From an uncultured delta proteobacterium (lineage in GTDB: Bacteria; Desulfobacterota; Binatia; UBA9968): a DNA stretch of 64,000 bases. The translations under genes were made by a program, and so were the position numbers. Under the pieces are notes generated by a model, which saw only the letters and a program-made list of their open reading frames with translations, was not told the DNA's origin and ran no database searches. The stretch spans positions 128,001-192,000 of the forward strand of contig CAWJZV010000007.1 in NCBI GenBank assembly GCA_963847445.1, read 5' to 3'. Positions 62,464 through 64,000 of the stretch are shown here, one piece after another. Positions within the stretch are counted from its first letter, which is position 1. Every line of letters begins with the position of its first letter.

Positions 62464-63495
62464 CTACTTCGCCTCGAGTATCTGTTTCACTCGACTGACG
62501 ACGGCGGGCTCGATTTCATACAATCCGTTCACCATCTTTTCTATGCCCGCTCCATCGATCGGGTCGATCTCGAGCTTGGCCTTTTCCGCCTCGGCGAGAA
62601 ACTGCGGATCTTTCAGAGTGGCGATGAAGGCTTTTTGCAGTGTTCGTAGCCGCTGCTCGGGCACTCCCGGCGGCAGCGAGTAGAGCCGCTGTTTGCCGTA
62701 AACCTCGCTGGCGATGCGCAGGAGTTTTTTCCCCTCGTCGGTCTTGGCGAAATCGACGGCGAGCGGGACACCTTTCAGCTCGGGGTGAGGCTCGAGCATC
62801 ATCTGCAGCACGACATGAACCTGTTTGGCCTTCAGCGCGTTGGCCCAGGTCACCTTGGCCGATTGCCAGCTAAGTGTGCAGCTGCCGTCGAGTTCCCCTG
62901 TCTCCGCGGCAATCCTGATGTCGGCGGTGCCCTTGTAGCCCTCGATGACCTGCAGGGGAAATTCCGCGGCGGCGGCGAGGACCTTGGTGTCGTCGGTGCC
63001 GGGGGTGCCGGGGCCATTGCCTCCCAGTTTGACTCGGGCTTTGGCCTTGCGCCAATCCTCTGCGCTCCTGATGCCGCTGCGTTCGGTCGTCATGCACACC
63101 ATCGCATCCGCCGTCGGCATGCCCAGCCAGCCAAATTTGCGCCCCTCGAAGAGCACCGCAGGGTTGCCCATCATGTGTTGCATAATCAGCGGGCCGGACC
63201 AATTGCCGATCACCGTGCCGTCGCGGGGCGCGCTATTGTAGATGTAGTTCGCCGCGATCAGCATGCCCGCTCCAGGCATATTTTGCACGACAGTGGACGG
63301 TTTGCCGGGAATGTATTGACCGATGTGGCGGCCGATCAGCCTGGTGTAGGTATCGTAACCGCCGCCGGCGGAACCGCCGACAATGAACTGGATGGTTTTG
63401 CCCTTGTAGAACTCCTCGACCGAGGCCGCCCGCGCCGCAAGCGGCAATACCGAGATAAGGATCGGTAGCAAAATTACTCCGAGCAATTGCGTCAT
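62464..63495 (-). CDS. Tripartite tricarboxylate transporter substrate-binding protein (TctC/Bug)
   Basis: GGSAGGGYDTYTR, VQNMPGAG, GYKGTAD, PPGVP. Confidence 0.92.
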   Translation of the reverse strand: MTQLLGVILLPILISVLPLAARAASVEEFYKGKTIQFIVGGSAGGGYDTYTRLIGRHIGQYIPGKPSTVVQNMPGAGMLIAANYIYNSAPRDGTVIGNWSGPLIMQHMMGNPAVLFEGRKFGWLGMPTADAMVCMTTERSGIRSAEDWRKAKARVKLGGNGPGTPGTDDTKVLAAAAEFPLQVIEGYKGTADIRIAAETGELDGSCTLSWQSAKVTWANALKAKQVHVVLQMMLEPHPELKGVPLAVDFAKTDEGKKLLRIASEVYGKQRLYSLPPGVPEQRLRTLQKAFIATLKDPQFLAEAEKAKLEIDPIDGAGIEKMVNGLYEIEPAVVSRVKQILEAK

Positions 63496-63857
63496 ACGCC
63501 ACCTCCTGATGGTTGAGCTATCGTCGCGGAACGTAGTTTGTCCGCTAGTCGCATGTCAAGCGTTCAACTTGATAGCGAAGACTGTTCCAATCGTTCCAGA
63601 GGTTCCAATAGTTCCAATTGTTTCGAGGCCGAGGTGCTCTCCGGTGTTCAACTGGAACCTGAGGTCCCGCCTGGATAACTAACCGAATCACTTCAGCCGC
63701 TCGACTTCTGGCGCAAGCTCAGCCTGTTCTCCAACCTCCGTTCAAATCGGCTCAATCACGAGCATATCTATCGTCGACACGTGCCAATATCGATTTCTCG
63801 AACTATTGGCGATAGTAGTGATGTTAAGAATTGACGGACAAGGAAGGAGTAATAACT

Positions 63858-64000
63858 ATGGCTACTCGATTTACCGGGGGCTGCCTTTGCGGTCGGGTGC
63901 GCTACGAATGTTCCGCCGAGCCGTTTTTCATGGGCAATTGCCACTGCCGCGATTGCCAAAAGGCCAGCGGCGGTGCCTATGAACCCGACATCGGTCTGCC
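63858..64000 (+). CDS. GFA/CENP-V family protein, partial at window edge
   Basis: AGGAG RBS; MATRFTGGCLCGRVRYECSAEPFFMGNCHCRDCQKASG. Confidence 0.9.
   Translation, partial: MATRFTGGCLCGRVRYECSAEPFFMGNCHCRDCQKASGGAYEPDIGL

Noticed and set aside
63768-63959. 63-aa minus-strand ORF
   Set aside because: It is the antisense of the GFA gene starting at 63858.

Overview
GC-rich bacterial DNA (about 60% GC by eye). The orphan SsuA/THI5- and TctC-type binding proteins, UbiD and MetE-II paralogues and crt genes suggest a Binatota/Deltaproteobacteria-like soil organism (inference). Many single-base frameshifts in otherwise intact genes look like long-read errors. The window is a mosaic of short gene blocks: an aromatic-carotenoid trio (Rieske, CrtU-like, lycopene cyclase), a UbiD/CoA-ligase/enoyl-CoA-hydratase catabolic cluster, and a lower-GC defence-like island (TIGR04255 three-gene operon, PIN, two HEPN genes, IS4). 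The strongest unexplained signal is at the block boundaries, which are repeatedly marked by parts of HUH/Y1 (RAYT-like) transposase elements. These are one intact element with inverted ends, seven ~50-bp hairpins made of its two fused ends (all in one orientation), and four 5' plus three 3' stubs of a second element (all on the minus strand). Orphan gene 3' ends and near-identical duplicated gene tails sit at or near several of these marks. This suggests an integrase-free, HUH-driven gene-cassette capture/shuffling platform (hypothesis). No rRNA, tRNA or CRISPR array was seen.
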